Origin: Camelus dromedarius
Lineage: Eukaryota
Direction: 5' to 3'
DNA length: 64,000 nucleotides
Assembly: GCF_036321535.1 (NCBI RefSeq)
Contig: NC_087437.1
Coordinates: 47,308,001 to 47,372,000 of the forward strand
A program made the position numbers and the translations under genes. This document shows, piece by piece, positions 37,861 through 53,289 of this stretch (the stretch's first letter is position 1; each line of letters starts with the position of its first letter). The notes below the pieces were generated by a model that saw nothing but the letters and a program-made list of their open reading frames with translations, searched no databases and had not been told where the DNA came from.

Positions 37861-40800
37861 CTTCTATCATGCTATCTCTTAAAAAGCAAAGCATTAGAGC
37901 ATCCTCTTAAAAGAATAAGGAAAAATAGATTTAAAAAAACCTAAATTCTGTAAAATATTATCCTTCTGATGGTATATTTTAGTCAATATGTGATAACCTA
38001 TGCTATTTCATTATATTCCAAGAGGTGCTTAGGATTAAGCAAAAGTCATGAACAAGGAATAGAACTATCCATAGGGATAGTCAAGATTGTATATTCAATA
38101 CCAGCTTACACAGAGTGGATATTAAATAGAAATTCACCCTGAAAAGAGGGGGGAAATATTCCTGGAAATTTTGACCCATGACAGCCCCATAATTATCTAA
38201 ATTTAGAGATATTTATTAGACATGTTCAGAAACTCCCTATGGACCATATATTCAGAAATGCTTCTGTGATTGACAAAATTTAGTCACTGCTCACTAAAAC
38301 TGAATTCTGGCACAGCTAAGGGCACCTTTGTGCAGAAATGAAGGGAAGAATGTGCTCCCAAACAGCTTGCACTGAGCATCAAGAAGAAAAGCATGCAGAG
38401 GGAACCTGCTCCTTTCCGATTGCTGAGAAGGAGGACCACCATGAAGGGCAAGGTCAGATAAGATATCTGACTTACTCTCAGCCTAACTGGATACATAATG
38501 GACCTGACGGCTCCATGGTTTAAGCTATTGTGGTTATTGACTAATCCTGAGGCTCCACATGGCTTCTATTTCATTAGTGGATTTCCTAAGTCTTTTAAGC
38601 ATCTCTTCTACTCCACATCAAGCAGAAATGCGACAATAAATGTGAAAGCTCTGGGAAACAGAAAAGGAAAATCTCTGGAGGGACCTGTATCTTAAAACTG
38701 CAGGAAACCACAGTGCAATAACAGAGTGTGAATACTGTTTTCCTCTCCTCTACCAAATATTTCAAATAGTCCCACTTGCCAAAATCAAGCAGATGCTCGA
38801 AGTACAAATTTTAAAAGTTTAAACTAAATTTTGTGGGATTCACTTTTTGAAAAGTGATGGTAAGGAGCAGGAAGTCTCAAAAGGGAATGAAAAAAAATCC
38901 CAATTTACTATCTCACCTCCTCTGTCCATGACTAATGTTCAAAGAACTCAAAAGTTCAGAATATAGTTGTGGGCCACAGTACTCCAAAGCTGCCAGCTGG
39001 GAATCTCTGCATCTTTGAAGCTAGGGATTGAGTCTTCTCCAGCACAGAACACAAAGCCTGGTTCATCATACATGCTTAATAAACATGTGCACAATATTCA
39101 TTGTCTGAGGGCACCGAAAAAGTTCCATCTGACTCTGGAACCAAGAGTATTTATGTTTCACACAAGCAGTGTTTTTGTTTCTATGTCCTGGGCTTTGGAG
39201 ACCAGTGTGCCCTAGCTACCACAGCGTTCTGAGAACAAATTTGTGGCCCACTTCTGTGAAGGGCAGAGTCTTTACTGAGAGCCTTTTCAGCCCTGTTCCT
39301 GGTCCCATTTCATTACCCCTACCCTTTTCCTACTTCTCTGTAACGATATATTTTAAACTACGGTGTTGATGCCTATATCCAGCACACAACCTGGCACATT
39401 ATAGACACTCAATAAATATTGATTAGATTTCATTAAACTAACCTTTCTCTGAAATAAGACTCTGCCCTTTTTATAATAGAACAAGTGAAGAATAAACCCT
39501 TCCTCTGAGGTGATCCTGAGAATTGAGTTCCTCCCTACCACCAAAAGGAAAAGGAAGCTGACCAGTAAGGATGACCAGCCAAACACCCACCTCTCACTGC
39601 CCCCACTCCTCCCCACAGCTTTTATTTTCAAGGTGAAGGCTTGTCACTTTGCTTCACACATGCCTAGTGAAGCATTTCTAAGCAGAAGCCCTACAGGTAC
39701 TTTCTTAAAACTTCTGTCTATCACAAGAATAAAAATAACTCTATTGATATGAAAGATTCTGGGAGGCTAGAAAAAGAAAATTTTCAGTTGCTTCTGAAAA
39801 ATTGGAAAGAAGATGAAATTGCTGGATCTTCGTCATAAGGGAAAGGACAGCCAGGAGAAGGTGACGAGACCCAGGCTGTTTTCTCAACTGAGAGAAGAAA
39901 GGTCATGCTGCAGGGCCATCTCTGTGTTTTCAATACTAAAGAGAACTTAAGGGAGTGGAGAAAGCACAGAGGGTTATTAACTCAATTCAGGGTTAAGAAG
40001 AGAGATGCGAGTATAAGTCTTCCCCTGAATGGCTGCCTCAGAGTTTTGCTAGGTTTATATATTCATATGTTAGGCACAAAAGAAAGAATATAACACATAG
40101 CCACAGTAAAAAATAATATTAACATATTTTGAGGGTCTTGTGTATATAAAATTACTATTCACATGTTCCTTTGTGTTTTCTGTCATGCAGTCTAAAAGTA
40201 AATCTAGCCTGTAACTTCTACCAAAAAAAAGAATGATCTAAAAATGCTAGCATTTTTATCTTTTCAATCTATATTACATTTTTTCAATTAAGCATAGATC
40301 ACTTACAAAAGTTTTCATTTGCTGAAATGAATTCTATGGGTTCTAAACCAATCATGTGAAATTATCCTCTAAACATGTGGTGAAATCATAAGATCACTAA
40401 ATCTTGACCCAAATTTATACCAGCCTCAGAAACATACACATGGCTATAGTTTGAAACAGAAAACTAGAATCCTAATATATGATTCAGCATAATGTCAAAT
40501 CTCTTTGGATACAAAAGCAAGAAACACATGATAACAGCCATCAAACAGGACAGTTTCTGTGAAAACTATATAATTTGGTCTCCTTAAAGAGACCAAAGTG
40601 GCAGTTGGTTAATGACTTTAGAAGATCATAAGGACAAATGTGATATTCCAATAGGAAAATAAGTTAAAGAAAATTTATTGAGGTTTTATGCATATTCATC
40701 ATTTAATCCTCACACAACCCTGCCAGGAAGGCTCTATTAGCCCCATTATATAGATAAAGAAGTTGATTCTGAGGAGCCAAGTAACTTGCTTACAGAAACA

Positions 40801-43537
40801 CAGTAACACGGTAACCAGACCTCTTATGTGTTGAAAGGCAGTGGGTGGCAAGGTTAGAGAAAGCTAAAAACACAAGGGCAGAGGAAAGTTTTCTCCACTA
40901 GTAACATGGAGTTGCACTTACTTCTAAGTGCAACTGGCCCTCAGGACCCAAGTCCGATCATGTATGGGACATGTCTCATCTGGTCAGTCTAAACATAAAT
41001 ATTTGAGACCCTGATGGCTTAAAACTTTAATAAGCAGTTTCTGTATTACAACCTTGCTAGATGGTTTCAAAAGTAATTCATATCTCATTTTATTTGGGAG
41101 AATCTTATATAGTGATAAAATTTTTGTCATTGGCTGCTAACTGTTTCCTAAAAAAAAATTTTTTAAAGCCAAATAAATTCATAAGAGCATAAAAGAAAAA
41201 AATTCCATTTTAATGGACTGCCATTTTTATTGAGATCATTTCAATAACTTAGTACTATTAGCCACTGAAACTACTACTATAAGCTATCTTGGCACCAAAA
41301 TATAAAGAAGCCTGATGCATTCATACTCTAAATTGGCTCTTTCTGAATTCAACCACAAATGGCTTGTCTTTAAAATTTTTTTAATGTTTTTGAAGCAAAG
41401 CATTGAAAAAAATTATAGACATGATCTGGGCAGCTTTGAAGAAGGAAAAATATAAAGATATTCCCTTACTGCTTTAAACTCTTTTGATCCAGAAGGCATC
41501 CAGTTGGTAGAAAATTTGCTTCAAGGCAGTCATAGGCCAATTTTCGTACTAAGTTTCTTCATATTTCACTGAGAAATTCAGCTTTCTTGGAAATACTTTC
41601 AGATGCTTGATGCTGGGCTAGTACCAGCTCTCTGCAGTGCTCACACTTATGAGTATACTCACACTTATTCCTAGCTGATTAAATTTGAAGGTGTCAACCA
41701 GCCCTTGTATGAAAACATTAAGACTTGTTTATGATAAATGTCAACATGTTCATCCTCCATTCTTAACTAACTGAAGACTCTTCCTGCTGTCTACAGACAA
41801 ATAATCCAATGATTACAGCACAGTGAACAATGCAAGGTGCCAGTACACCCACTAATAAAGTCAGGGGAAAGAGTCATTCAAATATACTCCATTAGTAAAA
41901 TTCATTCCATTTCTTTTATATTTTCTTCTTGTGAAATCTACAAGTCTAAATTGGTTCTGGAATTCCAGAATCCTACCCCAAAGCTCCCATAAATGTACCT
42001 CAAATTTCACCAACAGCCCACCTCATTGTTTGTCTGCTTACTGTTGTGTGAGTTGTGTACAGTACAATCTTAGGTGTACCAATCACATTGTAAAAAGTCA
42101 TAGATGTAAATATTTATATCACAACTTATAAACTGGTAATACAAAATATGTGGGGTTTTTCCATAAAAGCAGTGTATTACTACAACTTTTCAACAGAAAA
42201 TAATTATATTTTGAAGAGGGGGCATAGTTTTCTAATTCACATTAAAATCCTATATAGATTAGCAGTGATCTTATTACAAACCAATTTAATTCAAATAGAG
42301 CTGTTAAATTAATTATTTGATAATGTGTATAACAAGGGACAGATTTTTTTTCCCATTGGGAAGCACTCTACCATAAACAGGGGAAAGAGTAAACCAAGGA
42401 CTGGCACATCTCACAGAGAAGTGACTTAAATCACTTTTTTCTTAACTTTTTAAAAGGTTAGATTCATTGTTATATCAGTTTTGTCACTGCTCATTTACAG
42501 ACCAAAGAAGAGAGTAACAGAGATTTCATGTCCTTAGAGACTGCTTTTTAAATCAAGAAAAATGTATTTTTAAAAAATCCCTAAATAATAAAAAGAAAAA
42601 CTACAAACTTCTTTAATTCCATCTGTATCCAGAGGAGAGAGAGAGAAGGAGAAAGAGCAGGAAGAGGGAACAGAGGGGAAAATATAACAGAGGGGTGAGG
42701 GCTGGGAGGGAGGGCAGGGAAGAAAAAGAGAGATGCAAAGAAAGAAGTCAAAGGATATAAGTACGTAGAAAAAAGAAAAAAGGAAAGATATATAGAAAAG
42801 ATATATAGAAGATATATAGAAGAAAGATAAGAGGTGAAAAGATCAAAGGAAAGATATTGTAATTCTCAGATGGGTGCCAATTTAAGAGTAAACTAACTGA
42901 ATTGATTTTGCCTTATTTTTCCTTGCTTTATGGAAAAAGCTACCTTGTCATGCTAACTAGGCATGAACCATTTATCACAGCTCTTTAACTATTCAATATC
43001 CCTACACCTTCCAAGATTCTTTTTTAGCAACTCGGGGATACCTGTTTTCTTGACTACAGTATCAAGTTGACCAAGATGATTTGGATGAAAAAAAATTAAG
43101 CCAAGTCAAAAAGATGAGTAAACTACTTCCCCTGAGAGAACTGGTAGCTTCTAATATTACATGGACAGCTGTGGATAGACAAAGACAGAAAGGTTGACAC
43201 TCTGATTCCACGGAAAAGTATGTTCTACAGGGAATAATTAACACTCACCATGCTTTGCTATGGCAGAAAGAATCCAGTGAAGTTATCCGATTTTAATCAA
43301 TATTTAAGCTGCATGAGCGAGCTAGCAAAGTACATCTTGACCGGGTACCTAAAAACATTGTTTTTATCAGTGTATGAGTTCTTAGGGTTTTAGGAGGCAC
43401 TAGTTTGAATATGAAAAGAATAGCCATCAAGGTTATCTTATAGATCATTAAGTTGGCCTCAATACCCCATCCCCTCCTAGTAACACACACACACACACAC
43501 AGTATCTTCTGGTGACAGTTTATCTCATTTTCCACAG

Positions 43538-43822
43538 TGCTCCTATATACCTAAGTGCGGAAAAAATTTCGAAGAATCCATGTCCCTGGTGAATGTTGTC
43601 ATGGAAAACTTCAGGAAGTACCAACACTTCTCCTGCTATTCTGACCCGGAAGGAAACCAGAAGAGTGTCATTCTAACCAAACTCTACAGTTCCAATGTGG
43701 TGTTCCATTCACTCTTTTGGCCAACATGTATGATGGCTGGGGGCGTGGCAATCGTTGCCATGGTGAAACTCACACAGTATCTCTCCCTGCTCTGTGAGAG
43801 GATCCAGCGGATCAATAGATAA
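43538..43822 (+). CDS. KCNMB2: KCNMB2 final coding exon (loop end, TM2, stop)
   Basis: Acceptor TTTTCCACAG|. Translates CSYIPKCGKNFEESMSLVNVVMENFRKYQHFSCYSDPEGNQKSV...LCERIQRINR*. Exon lengths 56+171+196+285 = 708 nt = 235 aa plus stop. Confidence 0.97.
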   Translation, partial: CSYIPKCGKNFEESMSLVNVVMENFRKYQHFSCYSDPEGNQKSVILTKLYSSNVVFHSLFWPTCMMAGGVAIVAMVKLTQYLSLLCERIQRINR

Positions 43823-45290
43823 AAGCAAAATGGATGAGATCATTTTCTTTAAAGCTCAAATACTGTTTTCTTTCATTCTTCACCAAAGAACCTTAAGTTT
43901 GTAATGTGCAGTCTGTTATGAGTTCCTTAATATATTCTTATATGTAGAGCAATAATGCAAAAGCTGTTCTATATGCAAACATGATGTCTTTATTATTCAG
44001 GAGAAGAAATAATTGGGGTTTTTTGTTGGTTGGGTTTTTTTCATAATCTTGGTTCGATGCCAGAACTAATACTTCCTTCTCTCCTTCAGCCAAAATCGGG
44101 CTCAGTTATTCATTTGCCAAGCTTCCTAGAGGAATACAGACAATATCAATGTGAAAAGGTCTGTGCTCAGAATTGTCAGATCTCTTGAAGGTATTTCTGC
44201 AATATTTTTCATCATTCATTGTTTACTAAAGCTGCAGCCAAAAATATTTTTTCTTTTCTTGCTCTAAACTGAGCCCTGTAGCAAGTGAAGGGACCAGATT
44301 TCCTAACTAAAACACGTTATGCATTTTCCTTATATTTCTACCCTATCACTGTAAAGAAGGGGGAAAACCCAGCCAGCTATTTTTCTTTTACTACTTTCTA
44401 CTCATAACTTTAGATTTTTTAACTGATTTCAAAAAATAAGCTGTTTTCATTAACCAGTTCAGTAATCTCTTCCTGTGATTTAAATAGAAAATGAACAGAG
44501 CCCTTTTCCATGTAAGACCTTGCTACTGTGTGAGGAGATGACATTTACCAGGAGTTTCATTACCTGTAAACTGACAATGTTGAATAGATGCTCATTACAA
44601 TCCAGGAAAGTCTACATTACTAAGGTATTTGTGTGAAAATCTTTATTCCATTTCAACTGAACCATTAGATGGTAAAATTAAGATCCTACTTGCTGGTCAA
44701 GACTGGTGGACTGATTTCAATGGGTAAACCTATTGTGGCAAATTAACACATTGGAACATTGCTCTTTGGGAATTTATGTTTAAATTAATGAGTGTGTAGT
44801 CTCTCTTTCTGACAAGTGTTCCCCATTGGGATTTTAAAGCTATATGCACAGAATATTTGTCTCCTCTACATGTTTTACTTTTCTATTTACAGTTCCCTTT
44901 TTTGTTGCTAGATTTTATATACATCTTTTTTTCCTAACACACAGTTTAACTGAATAACAGATTTAAAGGAAGCCTTTGTTCACATTGCCATTCACTTGTG
45001 GTGTTTGGGGTGGGGAGGGGAGGAATGAGGGATTGGTTTTAAACAAAAACATTCCATCTTTTATTTAACATCAATATCAGAAGAAGAAGATAAACATCTA
45101 TCTTTCTCATCTATATTTAAGTACCTTTTTATACTGTAGTATCAAGGTTTTCTAGGCATTGCAAAATTTTACAAGTCATATTTGTGGAATGAATGGTGAA
45201 ACTAATTTGATGAAGTAGAAAGTATTCTGCAATACTGTAATTCATAGCTTGAATTTTCAAAAGCAAATAAATCCATAGGGTATAATCAGG
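43823..45290 (+). other. KCNMB2: Probable KCNMB2 3'UTR
   Basis: AT-rich stretch with no recognisable repeats after the stop. Candidate AATAAA at 45266-45271. The end point is inferred. Confidence 0.5.
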
Positions 45291-45879
45291 ACTTCAAATG
45301 TGTAATTTAAATTTTTTTTTAAATCCATTACATCAGCAAGATTTGAATACCTCTTGCATTCTCAGCTGACAAGCCCATGGCAGTCCAAAGACATACGATT
45401 CACTGTTTTTAAAGTTATTTAAAGAGATTATAAAGAAAATTCCCTTTTAATTACTCAAATACATATAAGCAATATTATGAATATTTAGAAAATATGATAG
45501 AAAACTTGATTCCTACTCCATCTGAAAAACATAATTCTGAAGATGATAGAGAGATCTTTGTGACTATGAAAGATAAAAATTTATAATCTTTAATGTTCCT
45601 TGGGCTTCCCTTTAAGTGATCTATGGGTGAAACACATGCAAGTAAAATTACTAGATAATTTATTTTTTATTTTTTATTTTCCTCTGGAATTTTAATTAAA
45701 AATTCCCTACTGATGAACCAGATAAAAATGTAGAAACCTCAAAATAACAACACAGAAAAGGAGTTAACTAGTGACTTCTTGAATTCCAATAAGCAACAAC
45801 CTCTTAAAGTAATTTAAATGTATACACAATTAGATACTCATTATTAAAGGAGAAAGAACTGGGACTAATAATGTTTTAA

Positions 45880-46030
45880 ATGCTTTGCATGTGTTAACTA
45901 ACTTAATATTTATAACAACCCTATTACAGGGAGCACTATTATTATTCCATCCTACAGATGACAATGTTGAAGCTCAGATATTAAGTAACCTCCCCAAGCT
46001 TACACAGATACTAAGATGGCAGAGAGCTGA
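45880..46030 (-). mobile_element. MIR SINE
   Basis: CCATCCTACAGATGACAATGTTGAAGCTCAGATATTAAGTAACCTCCCCAAG. Confidence 0.7.
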
Positions 46031-49000
46031 GAAAATACCCAACCTATAGCTTTCCCACTGTGGTAACCACTTCCATGACTTTGGGATCTTTTAGATAACA
46101 CTGAGGGATGCTGAGGTTTGGAAGGGAAGGAGGACTGAACAGATAATTTTTAAGTTGAATCTGTTCCACTCTTTTACATTTGCAGCAACTGTAAGGAATA
46201 ATACAAAGTATACAACACTGACTTCTCTCTTAAGAATGAGTTTGTAATCTACTAGAAGGACCAAAATAAGGCACAAGAAAAAATAGAAAACAGATCTCTA
46301 ATTCACACTGGTGTGGATAATATCTACAAAGTGTTGATGTGAAGCCTAATCAGGATGTATATGTTAAATGCCTAGTAATATATGTAGTATATAATAGATG
46401 TTTACCAAATGGCAATTAATACTATTAATAGTAAAATGTAGAAGTCATATTAATAGTAGTAGTATAACCACTAGTAGTATATGGTTTCTTGGAGCTAGAA
46501 TAACTTAAAATGCCATTGTGCCCAAAACTCACACCAATGCATCCTTCTAATCCTTAGCAGGGATCATCTAGACAGGGATAGTTACTACTTGAATCCTACC
46601 AGTAATGGCATAGGTTATCAGTTAATAAGACAATGTTAAAAATTTTCCTGATAATTTGAAATCTGACTCCCTATAATACCTACTCACTAAATCCACACAA
46701 AACCAGATCAATATTCTTATTACTTACTTACTCTATTAGTGTTATTTTACTAAAAAATGGAAGGAGTGTAAGGAAAGAGCAATTTCCATTTGTTTAGAAC
46801 ATAAGACAGAATTATGACATAAATGAAATGTATAAAGGTAGCATAAATGACATCAACTTTAAAAGGTTAATAATATAACCATTAGAACCTAAACATTCAT
46901 GGATGAGTTAAACTGATGAGCTAGCTAAACCTTATAATGTCCACGTGAATTTTAATTCTGCACCACCTCTCAAGTGTGGTTTGGCCTTCTGAGAAGTAAC
47001 GCTATCTGAAATTTTACCTTACGTCCTTATTCAACTTTATGACAACCAGACTGTTGTCTAAGTGACCAGATTGCTTAGGAGCATAGATGTTTTCCTAACA
47101 AAATGTTGCTACAATTGTGCCATGGGTTCGTCTTGGCTAAGGTATCATTCTCCAGTGCAGTGCCAAGGAATTGAAAGTGAATGTCATTCTGTGCATTCCA
47201 GTAGTGACTTTATGAGGAGGTGTTTCATTTAGATGGGAAGAGAAGTTGGTCTCTCAAACAACATAATAACTTAATTAGGACTTTCAGACTTGTTCTTCAG
47301 CCAAGTTCTTCTAAAACAAATTTAATCCCTAAGCCCATGCAAGTTGTCATATGACTTGTTACCAATGTAGTACGAGATCAGGCTGTGGAGAAAGCATCAA
47401 GGCCCTCTGCACAAACCCATCACCTATTAGCACTACTAGCAGACCAGAAATTTTTGTAGGTAGACATCACAACATCTCTTAATAAAAATCTCCCTCCATC
47501 CAACTCTCTGTCTCTCTCTTTCTCTCTCTCTCCCTCAGCTCTGTTTCTTCTTTTGTGTAATCTCCATATACCAGCAAAGATGAACCCCCAGCAACTACAT
47601 GTTCTTAAAATCCCTTGTGTCTATAATGGGAAAAGGAGAAAAACCCAGCATTTGCATCAGTCCTCAAAAATGCCAGTTCTCTTCGTATCACCTGTTCACC
47701 ACTGGGCCCACCCCCATAGTGATGGAGATCAGGGCATGTTATCTGCAGCCCCACCCGGTGGGGGTCAGATAATTCCCCACAGGAAAATGGATATGTGTTA
47801 AATAAGAGAGGAAGGGGTGCTGGGCAAGGAAAAAACAATAGGTGTCCACCACAGGCAATCTGGACAAACTCTTATCAGATTCTTCTGCCAACACAGATTT
47901 TGGTTGAAGGAGAAAAAGTGTTACATTCACAGGGAAGAGAAACTAGTGTTACTGAGAAGGTAAAGGAGCAAAACAAACCAATGCTCAGAATTTACTTTCC
48001 AATTTTCCTATGAATTGTCCATTTATCTTATAAAATTTAAAAGAAAAAAATTCTGATTTTCACTCAACGAGAGATGCAGGAAAATTTTGGTGTCAGTCAG
48101 AGACAAGAGGTTCCCTTAAGTGCCAACTGATAACATGCTAAGACGAAAGAATTGCTAAGAAATAGAAACTACTTTAAAAGGAAGGAGTGATAATATATGG
48201 GGAAAGGAGATCTAGAATTAGAAAATCTAACTTAAGCAACTATTGCTATTCATCAGTTACTGAAGAATTTCTCCATGTTTTTCTTAAGGACCTTATCCTT
48301 TGGGGTTGATAAATACCTCTTTGGACTAGCACAGATCCAACTGCCCCTTTTATTGCTTGTTTTGGAGTAAATTCATTTAAAAAGCATGTGAAGAAAGGAA
48401 GGGATAGGTTCTCCCTACCCCTTAGGGTTTCCACACAATGTGACATTTAAGAAAACAATTCCTTCTTGGACCATGCAGTGAGAGAGCTGGTCACAGAGAT
48501 ATCTACAGGAAGCATCACTCAGCATCTGCATCACCATGGTGACTTCAACAACTAGACATCCACATAATGCTTTCAACTTAGGTCTGTACAAACTCATCAG
48601 CCTCCTCCAGTTGGAGAGACATCAAAGCTCCGCTCTTTTATTCACTGCATTGTAAGTCCAGCAGTTTGTGAGGCAGCTGCAAACCCTAACACTTAGCTCC
48701 TTCCCGTGGTGAGCAAACAAATGGACTGTCCTGGCACCATCCTTAAGCATGACAGAAGTATCATTTTGGAACAATTAACAGTGTCTATCTCTAACCAAAA
48801 GCATTCAGCGGCTGTAGCTGACATCTAGCAATGCTGAGAAGAAAGCACAGTGTTCAGACTGGGTACTCATATTGCATGTAAAATATATTCCTTCCTTTCC
48901 AATAGCTGTGACACATACAGAATTTGGTGCAAATGCAACTCTTAGGTCCATCTCTAGAAAGTCATAATTAGCCGGAAATTTTTAAGCTTTCCCAGAAAAA

Positions 49001-49699
49001 GTGAGCGCCCTAAATACAGCTCAGGCAACGGTCTAACAGAAACCCTAGGAGCCAAGCCATTTGCAACAAACTGGTTTTGTGCTAACACCAACAAAGAGGC
49101 CTTCCAACTCTCAGTTTCTTTGAAAATGTCACAGTATCTGGCTGAATAAGTAACACTTTGAATACTAAAAACTCTCAAGTTAGCCCAGCAAATATCCAAG
49201 TCCATTTAGAAGATTCCACTTGGTTTGTCTGAGAAACCACATATCCAACAGTGGAAATCAGCAACTGTCTCCACTTTTAGGAATGAAATATTTTAATAGC
49301 TGAGTACCCTGAGAAACTGCCAGCATTTACCACTAAACTCAATAAAAAAAAAAAAAAATGAAGACTGGAACAAAGTGGCCCTTTGGAAGACCAGGTAAAG
49401 CTAGCAGTTTACTTTCCCTAATATCAGTGTAGTTTGTGATACCTGAACAGCAGCCGCTGGCAAGACTACAAGCCACCTTCACACGGTCACTCCTCTCATT
49501 TCCACTTCTATTTTGCATAAAGTAAATCAAACGCAGCCTAACCCTGACATTGGCAGGCATCCAGGCCTACTAATAGGAAGAGGTTTTCATTTAATAATAG
49601 ACAGTACCAGCTTGATGTTCTGCCTTTATTCAGGAAGAGTTACATCCTAAGACCTAGTAACAGTTTGCTGCTGCAAGTGACTTGGATCACGGAGTGAAC

Positions 49700-50166
49700 T
49701 GGCCCTTCAAGTCTCTTTCCCACTGTCATCTCCACACCTCTTATGCTTCAGCCATCTCATCAGTGGTCATCCCTGATGTTCCAAATTCTTTCACATCTCT
49801 GGGCTTTTGCATTTACTATTTCCTCTGCCTGAGACTCCTTTCTCTGATCTCTCTTCCAACCATTTGGCTAACTGATACTTATTCTTCAAGACTTAGCTCA
49901 AACTTTATCTGCACCAGGAGGTGATTCAGGCCCAGGCTAGGTGCCTAACTTCTATGCTTCAATGACACCCCACTGCACCCTTCTATAAAAGCACTATCAC
50001 ACCACATGATAGTCCTGGTTTATTTCTCTGGTATTCCTACAAGTTCTTGAAGACATGGATTTATTTTATTCACCTTCATTTTATTTTGTCTGTATATTCT
50101 CATCCCCTAGTCCAATATAATTCCTGGCACACAGGAGAGCTCAATAAATGTTACTTAAATAAATAA
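49700..50166 (+). mobile_element. L2 3' region
   Basis: CCTGGCACACAGGAGAGCTCAATAAATGTTACTTAAATAAATAAA tail. Confidence 0.7.
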
Positions 50167-50534
50167 ACCAGTAATTGAATTATTAACAAAAAGTAGGCAA
50201 ATTAAGCAGGTTTCTCTGTATTGTGACTTGAAGGTCTTCCCAAATGGGAAAAAAAAAAAACAAACCTGAAAAGTAATCATTAGAGATCATTGCCTTCTCA
50301 TGTAGATCTTGTGACCTGGCAGTAAAATTGCACATGGCCCTAAACGACACTGGTTTTCTCAGCCGATAATTCTTCATCACACTAATGTATCTTAGAACCA
50401 TCTATCACTCCAGAAACCTAAGGGCAGGGCTATAGAAGAACATAAAAAGTAACTGCTGATAGGAGACAGATGGAGTCCTGAATTTACAGAATTTAATAAT
50501 GCCCAAGAGGGAGAAGATCTAAATAAGTGATTAG

Positions 50535-50750
50535 CACAAAAGCTTTGGGAACATCCAGACCTGAGTTTGAATCCTGGTCCTACCATTCACTAGCTGTGAG
50601 ATTTGGGTAAATACACTTAACTTACTCATGCATAGTTTCTTCATCTGGAAAATGGGAATAGTAACATCCAAATTATAAGATTAAATGAGATAATATACAA
50701 ATGCTTATCAAAATGTCTAGCATATAATAAACACTCATGAAATGACAATA
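50535..50750 (+). mobile_element. MIR SINE
   Basis: CAGACCTGAGTTTGAATCCTGGTCCTACCATTCACTAGCTGTGAGATTTGGGTAAAT...TCATCTGGAAAATGGG. Confidence 0.85.
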
Positions 50751-53289
50751 CTTGTTTTATGATGATTAATAATAAAAGGCAGAGACCACTATTATTTTTA
50801 GGACTGGGCACTGGGAGTTCGAAGGCAAAGGAAGAAAAATGTATGTAAGCTGGGCAAAAAATATTAAGATGAGCTTCATCCCATCTATAATTTTTCCCAA
50901 GAATGGCCCCAGCCTCAGCACTTCCAAATGAAATCTCGTAACCAATGGCAGTTCCAGGGAGATTTGAAAGCAACCCTGTCAACAGAGAAATGTCAATGGG
51001 GAGTGATGAAATTGATCTGAGATACTATATCACGTGCTCCCCAGTTTCTTTGGAGGAGAAACCTCTGAAGAGGACTCCTGTTCACTCCCCAAGTGGTGAG
51101 GAAATGAATGCAGTCCTCATACAGAACCTCATCTAGGCTGTGCATGAAATTCCAGAAAACATTTTTTTTTAAATAGAGGCAGAAGAGGCTGATCAAAGAG
51201 ACATCTGAGTTTAAGCGCTCCAGAGAGCCACCTCTAAAGGAAATGAGGGGTGCAGGGAGAGACATAGAGGAAGAGGAGAAAGTGAATGTATAAACTTGAT
51301 ACGGAGGTGCCAGTACCAAGGCTACATTAAGGAGTGCCAGACACTTGATTCCAGTTCCTGTTTTCTTCCTAGAAAAGAGTCAAGAAACTGGCTCTGCATA
51401 ACCACACACGTTATCTAAATATGTTGACATTTTTACACAAAGGATTACCAGGAACTTCCTTTAACTTGAGACTAAGGACATACGTGAACTACCAACTCAA
51501 AAAATGAAGATATCCTTTATCACCTACTTTCTGTCACCAATTTCCAGCAAACTGGAAAGAGTAAGAAGAAAATGACCTAATATATGGCTAAATAGCATCA
51601 CACCAGAAGCATTTTTATTCTCCCAAAAATGTAAGGATGGCTGTAAGTGGAACACTTCCTGCCCTCAAAAACAAAATAATTTGTATACTCAGGATGTCTG
51701 GTGTAGAAAAGGACCACGGAGGTTAAGATGTCTACATATAAACACACACTTGCCCTTCTAGAAGAAATAGCTTGCTCAAGTTTTCCACCAGGCAGGGCTC
51801 ATCTGCTTTCTAAATGAGTTATTATCATTTAGAGGCTCTATTCTAGACATTTTAAAGGGAAGAATGTGGGGAGAAGGTAGAAGACAGAAGTTTCAGAAAC
51901 TGTCTCTTCTCACAAATAAGTCAAAACCTGATTTCTTTTAAACCAGAATAGCAAACTCTGGTGAACAAAGAAAAGGTGATTTTTTTTTTTGCCTAAAATA
52001 AAACCACTGACATAAAATAAAATCATCAGCATAACTGACTGGAAATTAGTTAAAACAGCAGAAAGCTGAGAAAAACACAACACAGAGGGTGTCCTGCCAT
52101 CATCTGGGATCATTTTTTCCCACCATCACCTACCATATGCTTACAGAGGTGGGAAATCAAATTGGCAGCCGCAGCAGAACATGACAAGCCCCCTTCTGCT
52201 CTTTTTGTCCACAAGCTGCTCCTTCATTCTGTTCAACCAAGTTCTGGCTATGGCTGCCCAAGAGATGTTACAAAGGTTTGACTCACCTACATGTATGTCA
52301 CATTGTCAGGGGTTTTCATCACATAGGTAAAATATGCCACAAATTGTGTAATAAAATATGTCACAAGTTGTCACATTTGCAACATTTTCTAAATGTCAGT
52401 GTCATCTCCTTGGCAAATAAGAGAGTGAAGTAGGTTTTTTTAAGTCTTGGCCAAAAATGGTTGTGTTTTCTATATTCAGAGGTTATTCTGTGGCAGGATC
52501 CTTTCCTGACATGACTTACAGTACTGTTTGGGGAGGTCTTTCCTCAGAGCATAAAAGGAGGAAGAGAAAAACTTCAGAAAGATTTGCTATAGACATTTAG
52601 GATGTCTAGTGAGTAAATGTGAATTATTACTACCTAAAACTTAATTCTACAGAGTTAGGTTGGATGCCTAGCACATGGTCAAAAATAATTAAAAGGGAGA
52701 CAACCATGGTAACAGGTGATGCAGAAATGAATGGACCAAGAAAAATGACCAGGTAGTAGCTGAGACCCAGAATTTACCTGCAAAGCAAGCACTGCCTTGA
52801 AAAATGGGATTTAGCATCATCTATGCCTATATCCAGTCACTATGTAAAATGTCCAATTATTGGTAAACTAGTAAAAATTACAGAAAAGAACATTATACAT
52901 TATGATTTGACATATGTCAGATTCCTACAATATAACAGATATATATATAACATGCGGAAAGATATGATGCCTTCTTTAAAAACAAAAAAAACACTTGTGG
53001 AGAGGACCTGTATCATTCGATAAGTTATGCAGAAGTACTTTGGGAGGGACAGTGGAACAGTGCGGTGTAATGAGAGGAGCATTGGATGTGGAGCCAGTGG
53101 ATCTACTCCTTGCCTCAGCTCTTCCCCTTTCCAGCTAAGAGACAAGTCACCTAGCCACCCTCTGTGTCCTGATTTTCTCCCTTTCCTCTCCACCCCAGAT
53201 GGTTGTTATGAAGATCAAATGAAATGATGTGTGTGAGAAAACTTCACATACTTTTGCACAGCCTTTTTTTCCCCTTTTCCCAAGGAACT

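Noticed and set aside
42630..42856. Long purine-rich tract in the last intron
   Set aside because: Low-complexity GA-rich sequence with no defined structure beyond generic triplex potential.
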